NCBI RefSeq assembly: GCF_001194135.2
Contig: NC_069000.1
Span: 3,458,467-3,522,466 of the forward strand
Direction of reading: 5' to 3'
Origin: Octopus bimaculoides
Taxonomy: Eukaryota
DNA length: 64,000 nt
Shown piece by piece: positions 40,631-52,964 of the stretch (position 1 is its first letter; each line of letters begins with the position of its first letter). The notes beneath the pieces are model-generated. The model searched no databases and was not told where the DNA came from. It saw only the letters and a list, made by a program, of their open reading frames with translations. A program made the translations under genes and the position numbers.

Positions 40631-41764
40631 NNNNNNNNNNNNNNNNNNNNNNNNNNNNNNNNNNNNNNNNNNNNNNNNNNNNNNNNNNNNNNNNNNNNNN
40701 NNNNNNNNNNNNNNNNNNNNNNNNNNNNNNNNNNNNNNNNNNNNNNNNNNNNNNNNNNNNNNNNNNNNNNNNNNNNNNNNNNNNNNNNNNNNNNNNNNNN
40801 NNNNNNNNNNNNNNNNNNNNNNNNNNNNNNNNNNNNNNNNNNNNNNNNNNNNNNNNNNNNNNNNNNNNNNNNNNNNNNNNNNNNNNNNNNNNNNNNNNNN
40901 NNNNNNNNNNNNNNNNNNNNNNNNNNNNNNNNNNNNNNNNNNNNNNNNNNNNNNNNNNNNNNNNNNNNNNNNNNNNNNNNNNNNNNNNNNNNNNNNNNNN
41001 NNNNNNNNNNNNNNNNNNNNNNNNNNNNNNNNNNNNNNNNNNNNNNNNNNNNNNNNNNNNNNNNNNNNNNNNNNNNNNNNNNNNNNNNNNNNNNNNNNNN
41101 NNNNNNNNNNNNNNNNNNNNNNNNNNNNNNNNNNNNNNNNNNNNNNNNNNNNNNNNNNNNNNNNNNNNNNNNNNNNNNNNNNNNNNNNNNNNNNNNNNNN
41201 NNNNNNNNNNNNNNNNNNNNNNNNNNNNNNNTATATATATATATTTATATATATATATATACACTCACAACACACACACCTGTAATTATATATGCATCTT
41301 CTATGTATATATACATGTATATGAATTCCGCTATAGTAAGATAAGTAGATGTTTAGTATAATAATTTATTCACTTCAAAATCAAAGACAAAATCGGCAAT
41401 TATAGACTCTTAAGGACCAGTTTTCGCTTTGAATGTATTTTCCGGCAACTGGTTAATATCTGAAGATCAGGCTGAATCATTCTTGCATTGAGCCATATGT
41501 GGAGGAATTGGGAACCATAGATCAGGTGTACTGATAGAAGCAGAGCGGTAATGGCATACTACTTGGACTCTCCATATTCCTTGTATTTCCATGCATATCT
41601 GTGTGCAGAACGCATAGGTGAGATGTATGCGTGTATGAGTAAGCATGTGCATACCAATGACTTTGTATATATTTATGTTTGTACGCATGTATGTATGTAT
41701 GTATGTATGTATGTACATATCTACGGTTTCAAGTCTCAAGTTATCTATTTATATTCATACACGG

Positions 41765-41815
<51 letters not shown>

Positions 41816-42329
41816 CATACCTGTATATATATATAGAGAGAGAGAGAGAGGGAGAAAGAAAGAGATAGAGAGACAAAGAAAGAGATTCAGCCAGAAAGAG
41901 AGAGGTGGGGGAAGAGGTTAACGGTGAGTATTACTAAATAATCGTATCATCCGATTTTCTCTTCTGTGTGTTATTGGTCTTGAGGTGGTTGTTGCGTCGC
42001 GCACAACTATGATTATTATAGAAAATAAGTTTTGAAAATATAATTACTTTAATACAATCATTGAGATCTCTGGAGAAAAATCAGTCATCTTTAGCTAGCA
42101 AACTCCACGTGAAAACTGTGTTTCTATATTGAACCGTATCTTTGAACGTATCATTTCTATACACAATGTCGGCTGTTAGCATAAATAAAAAAGTGATATA
42201 TTATTGAAAGAAAAAAGTTGAAAGAAGTAAATAACTATGCCATGACTTACTTGTTTTACAGGCATTTACTTGTAGCGGTTATAAGAGACACAGTAACCGA
42301 CAAAAATATACTGTCTTTGATCTATAGAC

Positions 42330-42930
42330 GTAGGCGTGGCTGTGTAGTTAAGAAGCCATGCATCTTAGCCATGTGATATTCTGGTTCTGCCCTACCGCGC
42401 GGCAGTGTGTCTTATTTTATTATGGCCCCGCAACGGCCAAAAACCTTAAGAGTGCATTTGGTAGGATGGGAATGAAAGAAGTCTGGCGTATATGTATGTA
42501 TGTACGTACGTATGTATGTATGTGTGTATGCGATCAGACTTATGTATATATATATATATATATACATACATACATATATANNNNNNNNNNNNNNNNNNNN
42601 NNNNNNNNNNNNNNNNNNNNNNNNNNNNNNNNNNNNNNNNNNNNNNNNNNNNNNNNNNATACATACATACATACATAGACATCTATGTATGTATGTACGT
42701 ATGTATATATCTGTGTATATATCTTCGTGTTCTCGACGTGTATGTCTCCCCGACTGCGTGACAACCAGTGTTGGCAGTGTTCATTTACGTACCTGTAACT
42801 TAGCAGTTCGGCCAAAGTGACCAATGGATTAAATGCCACGCTTAACAATATTAGTACTGGATTTTGATTTGTTTGTCCAAACCATTAGGGTATTGCTCCA
42901 GCATAGCCGTACCGAAAGACTGAAACAAGG
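42330..42930 (+). mobile_element. Composite SINE: OK-like head, internal microsatellite (with gap), 3' tail module
   Basis: Head ggcgtggctgtgtagttaagaag at about 42333; (TA/TAC)n centre; tail gtaacttagcagttcggc...gctccagcatagccg...gactgaaacaag at 42790-42930. Confidence 0.7.
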
Positions 42931-43450
42931 TATGATATATGGTTGAGTAAAAGGATAAGACGCTCATTTTCAATTTGTCTTATTTGTTTCATTTGCAACA
43001 TCGCATAATTTAATTCTCAGTGACATAATCTAATTAAGCTGATCGATTCTTGTTTCAATTCTCTCTGTAATTGTAACAATACACAAGAAATGCCAGATAG
43101 AAAAAAATTAACCCATATTGTATACGGAGAAATAATTCAATGGCAGATTCATGAATTCCGGGTTTGATTTTCTGCGAATCACGTGATGGTGTGTTTTACA
43201 CTTAATTCATGGCAAAACAAATTGTGAGAAAAATTTCAAAGTCAGTAACTGCGAAGGCCATCGGATGAAGAGCTTGCGCACGATTTGTTCTTTGGTAAGT
43301 AAGGGTTATTTCCTATTTGCTTTGATCTAGAAATGAAAGAAAATGGCTACGATTCCGTCAAAGCAACACGAGTAATGTCCTCACCCATCACACTGGACAT
43401 AGAAATGTACTACCTTTCCTCGTTTTCGCGAGGATGAAAGTTATACTTAC

Positions 43451-43536
43451 CTTTGATTGGATTTGAAGCGTAAAATCTTGCAACAAAATCACAATGAATT
43501 TTATCCAACAATCTAATGACTCCACTAAGTCCTCAC
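43451..43536 (-). other. Candidate 86-nt minus-strand exon, open in one frame (phase 1 in, phase 0 out)
   Basis: Acceptor atgtacattcAG, donor AAAG|GTAAGT; peptide EDLVESLDCWIKFIVILLQDFTLQIQSK, no recognisable family. Confidence 0.25.
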
Positions 43537-44009
43537 CTGAATGTACATACTGATAAAGATACAAAAATATCTATAATCATATGTAATGTGACTGAAGATA
43601 TTTTGATACAGGACAATAAAACATCTTGTATGATATTCACTTTTGGGTTCTCATCACATTATTTATATTCTGAAGACAATTGAGATTGTTTTACTAAAGT
43701 ATTTGCTGATTTATATTCTGAAATACCATCTGATGTTACTAAATTATTCATGTTTAATACAATATGTGAGGTCGCTGACGAATTCACTACACACATATTC
43801 GAAAACTTAGATTTAGATATTATAGAGGTTTATAATAAAAATAATAATTCTTTTCATTATAAGCAGAAAGCATGAAATTTTGGACGAGGAGTTAGTGGAT
43901 TACATTAAGCCCAGTGCTTAGCTAGTTACTTATGTTATTGAGCCAGGAAAATGCTACGAGAAATACTGTCAACCATTTTTGACGCTGCACCAACGATTTT
44001 GCCATTAAT

Positions 44010-44280
44010 GCTGCCTTGAAGATGGTAAAGATGTTGGTGGCAATTATTGTTGGGCCAATGGGGACAGTATCAGATGGCATCAAGAGGAATATAAAGGAAA
44101 TCAGAATAGAGTGCCCAGTGGAACTGTTACAAAATGTTTGCCTCCTTGACACAACCAGAATAATCAGAGAAATATTAGATAATTGAAAAGAACAGATAGC
44201 ACGTTACAGCAGAAACCTCCATTTGTGTGCTCGAACCCGGTATCACGCTGTTGAAAAATGGTCATTCTACTCACATAGTT
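44010..44280 (+). mobile_element. R4/Dong-like LINE extreme 3' end (ORF C-terminus plus 3' UTR)
   Basis: VAIIVGPMGTVSDGIKRNIKEIRIECPVELLQNVCLLDTTRIIREILDN* (stop 44184-44186) matches the PIVxGALGTV...LQKxxLLGTARIxRKVL tail of this clade. Confidence 0.75.
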
Positions 44281-44688
44281 ATACCTGTCTGCTGTCTCTC
44301 GTATTTTAACTTCGTCATAATTTCTCTACTGAACATAGTAATCGATATAAAAGTAATAAGAGAAGACATGTTTTTAATGTTTTCATTAAGTGATACTAAT
44401 TGCTTTTAGTTGGTGAAAACTGAGCGGTGTACAGTGAGTGAATTAGTGAAGTTTTCAAAACTGTAGCACCGTCACCACCACCACACCACTGAAACCTGGT
44501 GTCTGAACAAAAGATTAGACAAGAAAATATTTCTATATCAGCACTTCACTTTCGCTTGGTTCGTTGTTCTTGCTGCTGTTGCTGCTGTTGCTGCTGTTTT
44601 AGTTGTATTTTTGTTTTCTCCAACCTCGGACCAGCCTAAATCAAAGAGAATTAGGATTAAAAGCCAATCGTAGACGTTCTGCTTAACG

Positions 44689-44919
44689 TAGTGTTTCTCA
44701 TCCAGAGTTCGTATACGTTTCTGTTGTTAATATTTGTCTTTTAAATTGGTTAAAGTTCTACAATACACAAAATATTTAAGCAATCTTTTATACAGTTCCT
44801 AACAATATCTAATTATAAAAGTCTAATACGGTTGTTTAACCATTGGACAGTTATGAGGGTCCAGTTGAGGATAATAGGAATCAAAGTGGTCCACAGGAAT
44901 AAATGGTTGGGAACCACTG
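44689..44919. mobile_element. hAT (Charlie-like) MITE, 231 bp, with degenerate TIRs and 8-bp TSD
   Basis: Left end TAGTGTTTCTCATCC versus reverse complement of right end CAGTGGTTCCCAACC (11/15); flanks GCTTAACG (44681-44688) and GCTTGACT (44920-44927), 6/8 identical. Confidence 0.7.
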
Positions 44920-46150
44920 GCTTGACTCTATATTTAGAAGTACATTGTCTAAAATATCATGCTTGAAAAGATGGTTACAGTGTACTATGACGGGGATTTC
45001 ATTAGTATTTCTAGCAGATTGAGAAATCTTGCAGAAGTATCCTCCTGTTGTATTGGCAGGCAACGTTAACAAACAGACCAAATTTATGTTGTTGATAACT
45101 CTAGACAAGCAATGAATCTATTTCCATCACTGAAAGTAATTCAAAACCTATATTGTATGTTAACCTGTTCGTGTCTATCTTCTGAAATATCTTCGCGTGT
45201 TATGAATTAAACTCCTTAAATGTAGAGTGTAATTGAAGCCGTAACAGAAACAATTAATATCTTGAATTAAGTTTGTGTGTTATGCCTCAAGCTGTTTTCA
45301 CTGCAGCAGGAGAACGCCAAGATATTCAGAATATTTAACAAAATGAAATTCGATCGCATGCTGAACATTAAATAATGTCAATGATGAAAACGATTTTGAG
45401 GGGTTAAGCAAAATTAAGGGACAATAAGTTCCAAATTAGATCTTTGAAAAGCATTTCTCATGATATTTAATAGAAAAAATTAAAATGTTTTTACATCGAC
45501 TGCAATATCCAGCATTAAGTGTTTCCATCAAAAGAACTGCAACTTTAGGATTCCAATTCGGACAATCAACACACACATGAACACATACTCACACACAGAC
45601 ACACATATACAAATATACATACACACATATGTATTTAACATTGAATTATTGTTGGATTAAACATGCTTGTTCTTAGCTATCAATTTTACTTTCAATAATA
45701 TAGGTCTATCATGCGATTGTCAACACTGGTTTGCTATGAATTAAGTAAAGGATGAAAAATGGAAAAGGATTAACAGAGGTGAAAGAATTCAGGTATTAGT
45801 ATTATCTAAATAGTCCCTCGTCATCGACACACTTCATACATCGCCGCCATTTTGCTTGTGCTAATGAAAATATTTCATAATTAAGCTATGGAAATGCAGA
45901 TGCAGTGCAGAGAATTAAATGCTAGATATTACGTAATCAATCCATTTTCTTCCACCACGCTTTTTCCCTCTCTTCATCTCTTCACTCACAGACGTTAATT
46001 CTAATTCTCACCCTCTCTACTTTCATTGAGGAAATCCAGCCACGATTGATTTTGCCATCCAATATACAAACGAGCATAGCAATAGGAATGCGATAGCTCG
46101 CTTGCTAGAAATAGAAGCGTTAAGTAGAAAGGATTATTAAGCTGGTACAT

Positions 46151-46375
46151 AATAAGGTGGTGAGCTGGTAGCATCGTCAGCACGCCGGGCGAAATGCTAA
46201 GCGGTATTTAGCCCGTCGCTACGTTCTGAGTTCAAATTCCGCCGAGGTTGACTTTGCCTTTCATCCTTTCAGAGTCAATAGATTAAGTACCAGTCATATA
46301 TTCGAGTCGATCTAATCTCCTGGCCCCCTCCCCCAAGATGTCAGGCCTTGCACCTATAGCAGAAAGAATTATTAA
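46151..46375 (+). mobile_element. Full-length OR-like SINE with flanking direct repeat
   Basis: Complete head-to-tail similarity to the 26461 copy head and the 22735-type tail; 25-bp direct repeat at 46126-46150 and 46361-46385 (23/25). Confidence 0.9.
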
Positions 46376-46409
46376 GCTAGTACATGCTAATTAAATTAGC
46401 AGATATTTT

Positions 46410-46810
46410 ATCTTGGGGCTAGGTGACAACAAGTCTTCTCAATTCTCTATACTCCTTAGGATCCTTTTTGTGCAGATGGACAATGCGAGCTTCAATTTCA
46501 AACTGTTCAGTCTTTTAGATGACATTTTGGGCATTGTGCCAAGTGCACCAATTTACTACAGGAATAATCGTTGTCTTCGTTTCCCAATGTCTCTGCAGTT
46601 CTGTGGCTAAATCTTGATATTTCTGAATTTTGTTGCAATTTGTTCGGTATCGGATCTGCTATCATAAAGAATTGAAAAATCTATAATCTCACACAATTTG
46701 TTTATTTTTCTCCTCTACGATCATATCCGGTCTTCTTGTTTTACTAGCATGGTCAGTCTTTACGGGAAAATTCCACATGATCATGTAATTCTCAATTTCC
46801 ATGTAATTTT
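46410..46810 (-). mobile_element. R4/Dong-like LINE restriction-like endonuclease (PD..D) domain and 3' end
   Basis: ENYMIMWNFPVKTDHASKTRRPDMIVEEKNKQ, then frameshifted IIDFSI, KYQDLATELQR and IGALGTMPK. Confidence 0.85.
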
Positions 46811-46840
46811 CATCTATCACCATCATCGTCATTATTAGCG

Positions 46841-46872
<32 letters not shown>

Positions 46873-47029
46873 AATAGTATTATTACTATTGTGAATGCTG
46901 TTGCTGCTCTACTTATTAATATCATTATTATTGTCATAATAACTGTCGTCGTTGTCAGCATCATTATTATTGCTTAAAATCTAATTTAACTCACGTGAAT
47001 GTTATATTGATATTAGTTTAGAAAAAGCT

Positions 47030-47300
47030 AACTCAAAGTCTCAAGAGTCTTTCTGAAGAGTCTTGAATACTGAATGTCACTTTTCGAGAGGCCGATAATA
47101 CGTGCCTCAATCTTAATATCCTTCAGTCTCTAACATAGCTTGTTTCGGTGTTGCGTGGAACACGCCAATTACCACAGAAGCAACTACCACGTTCGTCTTC
47201 CGAAATATCTCCAGTTCTCGCACTTGGGCCTCGTGTTTCTCAATTTCTTACATATTCGCTTTGATATCAAATTGTATAGCAAAGTTTAAAATCTCTCAAT
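47030..47300 (-). mobile_element. Second, more decayed R4/Dong-like LINE 3' end
   Basis: Minus peptides DFAIQFDIKAN...VRELEIFRKTNVVVASVVIGVFHATPK and IKIEARIIGLSKS...RKTLET parallel the 46410-46810 copy. Confidence 0.55.
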
Positions 47301-47569
47301 AGTGTAGCTGAATCGCTAGTACGTGGCCCAAAATGCTTAGCAGCATTTCCTCCGGATCTTAGCGTTCTGAGCTCAAGTGCCGCCATTCTCCGCATTACCC
47401 ATCTTCCGTTTTCTTACTCGAAAAATGTGAAATGTACCAGTCAGATAGCAGTGATGATGTTGTGGACTATCTCATCTACCCCACTCTACGCCACCGAATA
47501 TTGCTAGCCTTCCCCAATATTTCAAGTAATAATGATAATGATGATAATGATGATAATAATAACAATAAC

Positions 47570-47626
<57 letters not shown>

Positions 47627-47628
<2 letters not shown>

Positions 47629-48000
47629 GCACTCGGAGAGCGCAAGCCTTCGCCAAGGCAACACCAACGTCTTCTCAACGATCAGTTAGAAATGATTTTT
47701 CAAACGAGTATATTTGAAATAAACTCTATTGCTCACACAAACGAGAATACGAAAAATGAACCCGACCTCTCTCAAAGATTTAGAAAAAAAGAAAGAAAAA
47801 AAAATGAAAAAAATAATCTAGAATCCTTGTCCGGTACCGGATCGATCCCAAAATCTAATCGGTTCGTACCAGTCACCAGGCCCAAACACCCCTGAAAGTT
47901 TCATTCGAATCCACCTAGTGGTTCTTGATATATTTTGTCCACGGACAAACAAACAAACACGACTGTAAACAATACATACGCCTTCGCTAAGGCGGAGGTA
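47627..48000. mobile_element. Apparently complete non-autonomous Helentron/DINE-1-like element inserted in (AAT)n
   Basis: Near-terminal CCTTCGCCAAGG and terminal stem-loop CCTTCGC-TAAG-GCGGAGG (47981-47998); internal (AAAC)n; gaaagtttcattcgaatcc core; AAT repeats on both flanks. Confidence 0.65.
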
Positions 48001-49699
48001 ATAATAATGATGATGATGGTGATGATGATGATGGCGCTGTGGTTGTTTTTCCTTCCTCAGCATGTTCCTGCGTTGCTCGGTGTAGGTGTGTGTTCGTCGA
48101 ATATCGTTCATGCCTTTATTTCAACGTATTGCATCTGTTAATGAGTGCGTGTGAATGTCTTTTGGTGGGACTAAATCAACTAATTTCACCTTTCCATTCT
48201 TGAGACACTTGGGAGTAAATTCTTCAGAGAGATTTAGCTGCTATTTATCGACCGCAAACATAGTCTCTCGCAGGCTGTTTTTATTTTGTAGTGTTGCGTG
48301 TTACAAGTTCCTATTGTACTAATGTCAACTTTGAACTTGATCGATAAAATCAAGTATCACTTGGTGCTCGCACTAAATTAATCGATTATAACACCCTCAT
48401 CAGAAATCTTTACTCTGTTTGCATGTTTAAAATCAATTCTGGGATTTTAAAATTGCTTCCATACAAACATTGGATAATTGTGTATCGAAGTCACTGTGCA
48501 AAGCGTGTTCGCAGGATTAAGGTACTTTTGCGTGTGTACCTGCACACGTTTATTGAAATAGGTCTAAGTTTTAAAAACTTAATTATTGTATCTGCAAACG
48601 ATAAAGTGTGTCTTTATGTGTTCGTCTATGTGTCGTGTGTGTTTGTGTCTGTTTGTGTCTGTGTGTGACAATCTTTTATACATCAGCTTCGTAATGTCTA
48701 TAGATGAGAGTGCAGGAAGAAATGCACTTCGTTTTTAAGGTGTTTGTGTGTATATGTGTTTATGTGTACAAGTCAATGCATCATTGTATTAATATTGAGT
48801 GTCCGTGTGTGTGTGTGTGTGGATGTGTTCGCATGTTTCTTTACGTGTGTGCGTGTGTATAGGTGTGTGTATGTCTCGAGGTGTGTGAGGTAGAGACATT
48901 ATTGTAAATGTCCTGACCCGGACTTTTATCTCAGACCAACATGTATATTTTCTGCCTGCTTGATCCTACATGTAGGAGGTACCAGAATACATTTAAACAC
49001 AGAACATAAAAAAAAGATGATGTAAAAAACATTAGTTGATATCAATATAAACCGATGTTAATTGAAAAAAAAAAAAAAGGAAAAGCAGCCTAACTTTATG
49101 AACACAAGACAAAATTCAACCCAAAGCTACGGTTCACCAACCATCATTTCCTTCTGATGATGAGATATTGAAATTCAATTCTTAAAACGTTAATGGACGA
49201 AAGCATGTTATTGGTTCAAACCAAACGAAAAAGACTAATAAGAAAATAAAGAAAAACAATCTTTAATAAAGATTTTAAAATAATTAGCAATTTTCTAGTT
49301 GGGTTACAAAGGATCTGATTACATTGAGAACGGCTGCAAACAGAACGAGTTCACACGCATTTCTGCGAAATGTTGCGAGGGGGTGCATCGGGTAAACAAC
49401 ACTAAGCATTGTTAAATGTTGCCGAGAGTTAAGCGTATGCAGATGGGTACGCGCTTTTAACTGAGTATTAAATCATAGTCCCGGAAGATTTATTCCAACA
49501 CCAATTTCTGGAACCGGGTGTTTCAGTGAGAGAACAACCACAGTATCCCAAAAGTGTTATATGATAACAAAACAGCAACAGAATCTCATATGATCTCGAA
49601 ATAAATGAAAAAAAATATCACACTGATTTACAGTAATACATTGAATCACATGTTCTACGAATTAACCACAATCATAAATGGGGAAAAAAGGCATCGGAG

Positions 49700-50055
49700 T
49701 GTCAATGCATACCTTGAGCATACTCAAGGATAAAATAAAATTTAATTTAATAAATGTATTCTGAAACGAATTCATATTTCAGCAAAATGACATCTAGAGT
49801 TATCTCCCCTGCTTATCGTTTATACATATGTAAACAAAGAAAGAAAAAAACAAACAAACATTTTGATTCACCCGTTCGTCAGTTTTGAAGATAGTCAAAC
49901 GAAAATAATGAGTTCGAGCCACTCACCCAATGAGTATTTCCGCCAAATTTGGTGAAAATCCGTTCAGTAGTTTTCCAATAATTTTGCAAATATACAGACA
50001 AAGACGAGCGACAACAATAGCCTGTTTCGCTAACGCGAAATAAAGCCGGGTGGTA
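49700..50055. mobile_element. Second Helentron/DINE-like non-autonomous element (different family)
   Basis: ccaaatttggtgaaaatccgttcagtagtttt core, gagttatctccc motif, terminal hairpin TTTCGC-TAAC-GCGAAA (50025-50040), upstream hairpin CCTTGAG-CATA-CTCAAGG. Confidence 0.5.
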
Positions 50056-50689
50056 ATACTGCGTGGCACTTATCAATGTTTACAGTTACTGTTTGACTAT
50101 GTTTATCGCAGTCAAATCAGTTTGCATGTTATAATTATTGTATATTACTAGTGACTTACTGTGCTTGTATAGCCATCTCCCTTCACCAGGTCGGTCAACT
50201 GTCGACGATCAGGCATCTCTGGTTCAGCGCGATTGCATCACAAATCTCTAAACATGTCATTTTCATATTTTGGGTTAAAATCACACTTATCACAGGTTAG
50301 CATATCAGCACTGCATTTTTATTCCTAATTAATTCAATACAGCTAAAGGATTTAAATACCAAAAGTGATAAAGGACATAGAGACACAATAGCACTCTCCA
50401 TGCAAACAACAATCTTAGCGAAAGCCTTTTCTTCCTTTTCTTTATGGCTGGATTAGGGACTTTCATTGATTGTTAAAATTTTATTTTTAATAAATATCTA
50501 AGGCAGCTTAAGGCCATAAAATATAATCCACACATAAAAATAAATAAGGATGATATAAATGAGAGTGAATTAGTAATCTTATATTTATGCATACAAAAAT
50601 ATGAAGTAGAAATTTATACAAATTTAAATTACAATAACGTGGTCTATTTTAAATATTTCAAGCAGAAACGTTCATTAAAATTCTGCAAA

Positions 50690-50975
50690 ATCTCACTCAT
50701 CAATATTCAGCACCAAATAAATTTTCGTAATCATCTGGATAGATGATATCACCGTAAGGATCAGCTTCATCCTCATTGGTAGCATATCATCCATTTCTTC
50801 ATCCATATCGTCTCGCAAATAATCGTCTTGTGTGCCATCCAATGCATTCAAAATACCACATTTCTTCAATGATTTGACAATGTCAGATTTTATTTCCTTC
50901 AATGAATCAACGATCCATTCACAGATCAGAAACAGTGATGGAGTCAGTATAAAGCTTCCCTTCTTGTAGGCTTAA
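50690..50975 (-). mobile_element. pogo/Tigger-family transposase C-terminal remnant
   Basis: ICEWIVDSLKEIKSDIVKSLKKCGILNALDGTQDDYLRDD plus acidic tail matches the pogo WxxxxW...KSFKKCGISNALDGTEDD motif. Confidence 0.8.
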
Positions 50976-52025
50976 AATTTTTTTTTTTTTTATCTCCATT
51001 TCACATCCAGTTAATATTATTCCACTGATTAACAGAATGACCTTAAATGTCTTATTGATGCTAACATCAAAATGTTGCAAAACACTTGGACATACCTCCG
51101 GATATGATAGTTATGTCAGTGGGTTGTTAACGAACATTATCAACGACGTATTCCACAAGTATTGTAAGGAAGTGAAGTCAGCTGAGCTGCAAAGAACGTT
51201 ATGACCTGAGTTTTGTTGATCCGATAATAAACTATCAGGGAACTGAAATCTAACGTTTGTGTGAATTGTGCATGAAGACATCTTCTGATAATTGGATAAA
51301 AAGGAGAAATTTTATTGTGGTGGGCGCGCGAAAGCATTGTTGCGAATAAACAAATGTTTAAATCTATTTAAACATGTTTGGGACAAACATATTTCAACTG
51401 ATCTAAATGTTTATTTATTCGAAACACTGCTTTCACACGCCCAGTACTATATTTTGATTTCGCCGGGATCAACGACACTCGTGATCCGCTCATCTTTTGA
51501 TTCTGAATTACAATAAAGAGACAAATGTTTCCAAAGTCATATGAACGAATGCTTTTATGCGTGCATACATGCATAAATCGGTCTATTCAATACTGTTACA
51601 CCGCTAAACGTAGTGGCTATTTAAGCAATGTGTTCGTGGAAGATTAATGGGTTTGTGTTCGTGGAAGATTAATGGGTTGAATGTGACGCTGAAGAAAGTA
51701 CAGTGACACCTGAAATCGGTATATACACCCGTTACATATTTTTCTATCTTCGATCGCATTGTTTACAAAAAGGTATTCGTAATATGGTAACTTCCGTTGC
51801 TGGCTCGAAATTCTATCGGAAATATATAAGGATGAACATAAGAGGAACACACACGCGCGCACACACACACACACCTTGCTGCATAAATATGAACTAGTTC
51901 GAACTATTCCTAAATATTTTACACAGTTGTCTTCATACTTCTTTCTAAATTTTCCTTTCTGTCACACGAATGCATCAAGTAATATCATTCATTTTTCTCA
52001 CTGCCAGTATAGTTTTGTGTGTGCG

Positions 52026-52072
<47 letters not shown>

Positions 52073-52889
52073 TTATAAATATATATATATATACACACAA
52101 ATACGCACATACATACACACTTATGTATTTACACACACATTTCTATATTTACCTGTGTGTACATGCTTATGCACTTACGTCCATATATTTCCGCTCTCAC
52201 ACTCACACAAATTATCCATACGTGCATAAACATAGATAATTGTATATTCATTATTTTATATGGCTAATGATGCTTCCATTACATGAATATTCCTCGCCAC
52301 CCAGGAGATCTTTAGACGTCTTTTCAATGCAGAACATTTGTTTTCTTAAAACAAATCTCGTTAATGAGCTGTCTTGAGGTTTCGTTATGACAAATGAAGC
52401 GAACGTTAATATACTTCCGGTCTATCAGTCTGCTTTGTTTTCGCGACGCTACTCTGACAGCTAGGCTTTGTTCTTCTGGCGACACGGTAACACGTGATAT
52501 TCGGAAATGTCACAGCAAGATATTATAAATCTCATCCAAACGGAACTCGTACTGAGACTCTGCGAGCATCTAAGTTGTATTTAGGAATGGCAATTATGAA
52601 TGTACTTAATCAATATTTGCGTAAGCATTCGTAATTAACGTGTAGTATTTTCTTTGTTCATAGAACAGCATTGCAATTAGAATACATGCAAATATTTAAA
52701 CACACAAACACGCAGCAACACAAATCCATATAGTTGATGCCATAGAATCTTTGCTATTTGCCGGAAGCTATCCTAAACTGCTTTGAATGTAGTTTTATTT
52801 ACATTCTTCATAATAACTATAACTAATGTCACTAATTTTCTTCTATTTTTATATATGTACTGATCATTTCTAAGTTATACCATGTGAGT

Positions 52890-52950
52890 AGAATGGGGTT
52901 CGCTGAGGAGGTTTAATCAAACCGAAACCAATTGTGGCGATCTTCATTCT
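52890..52950 (+). ncRNA. Degenerate type-I hammerhead ribozyme motif (cleavage site non-canonical)
   Basis: Stem I AGAATGGGGTTCG pairs with CGATCTTCATTCT; CTGAGGA 52903-52909; perfect stem II GGTTT-AATC-AAACC; GAAA 52924-52927; stem III region CCAATTGTGG lacks a proper U-H. Confidence 0.6.
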
Positions 52951-52964
52951 TAATTCCATTTATA

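Noticed and set aside
48964-48977. 14-bp perfect palindrome TCCTACATGTAGGA
   Set aside because: A few palindromes of this length are expected by chance in 64 kb.
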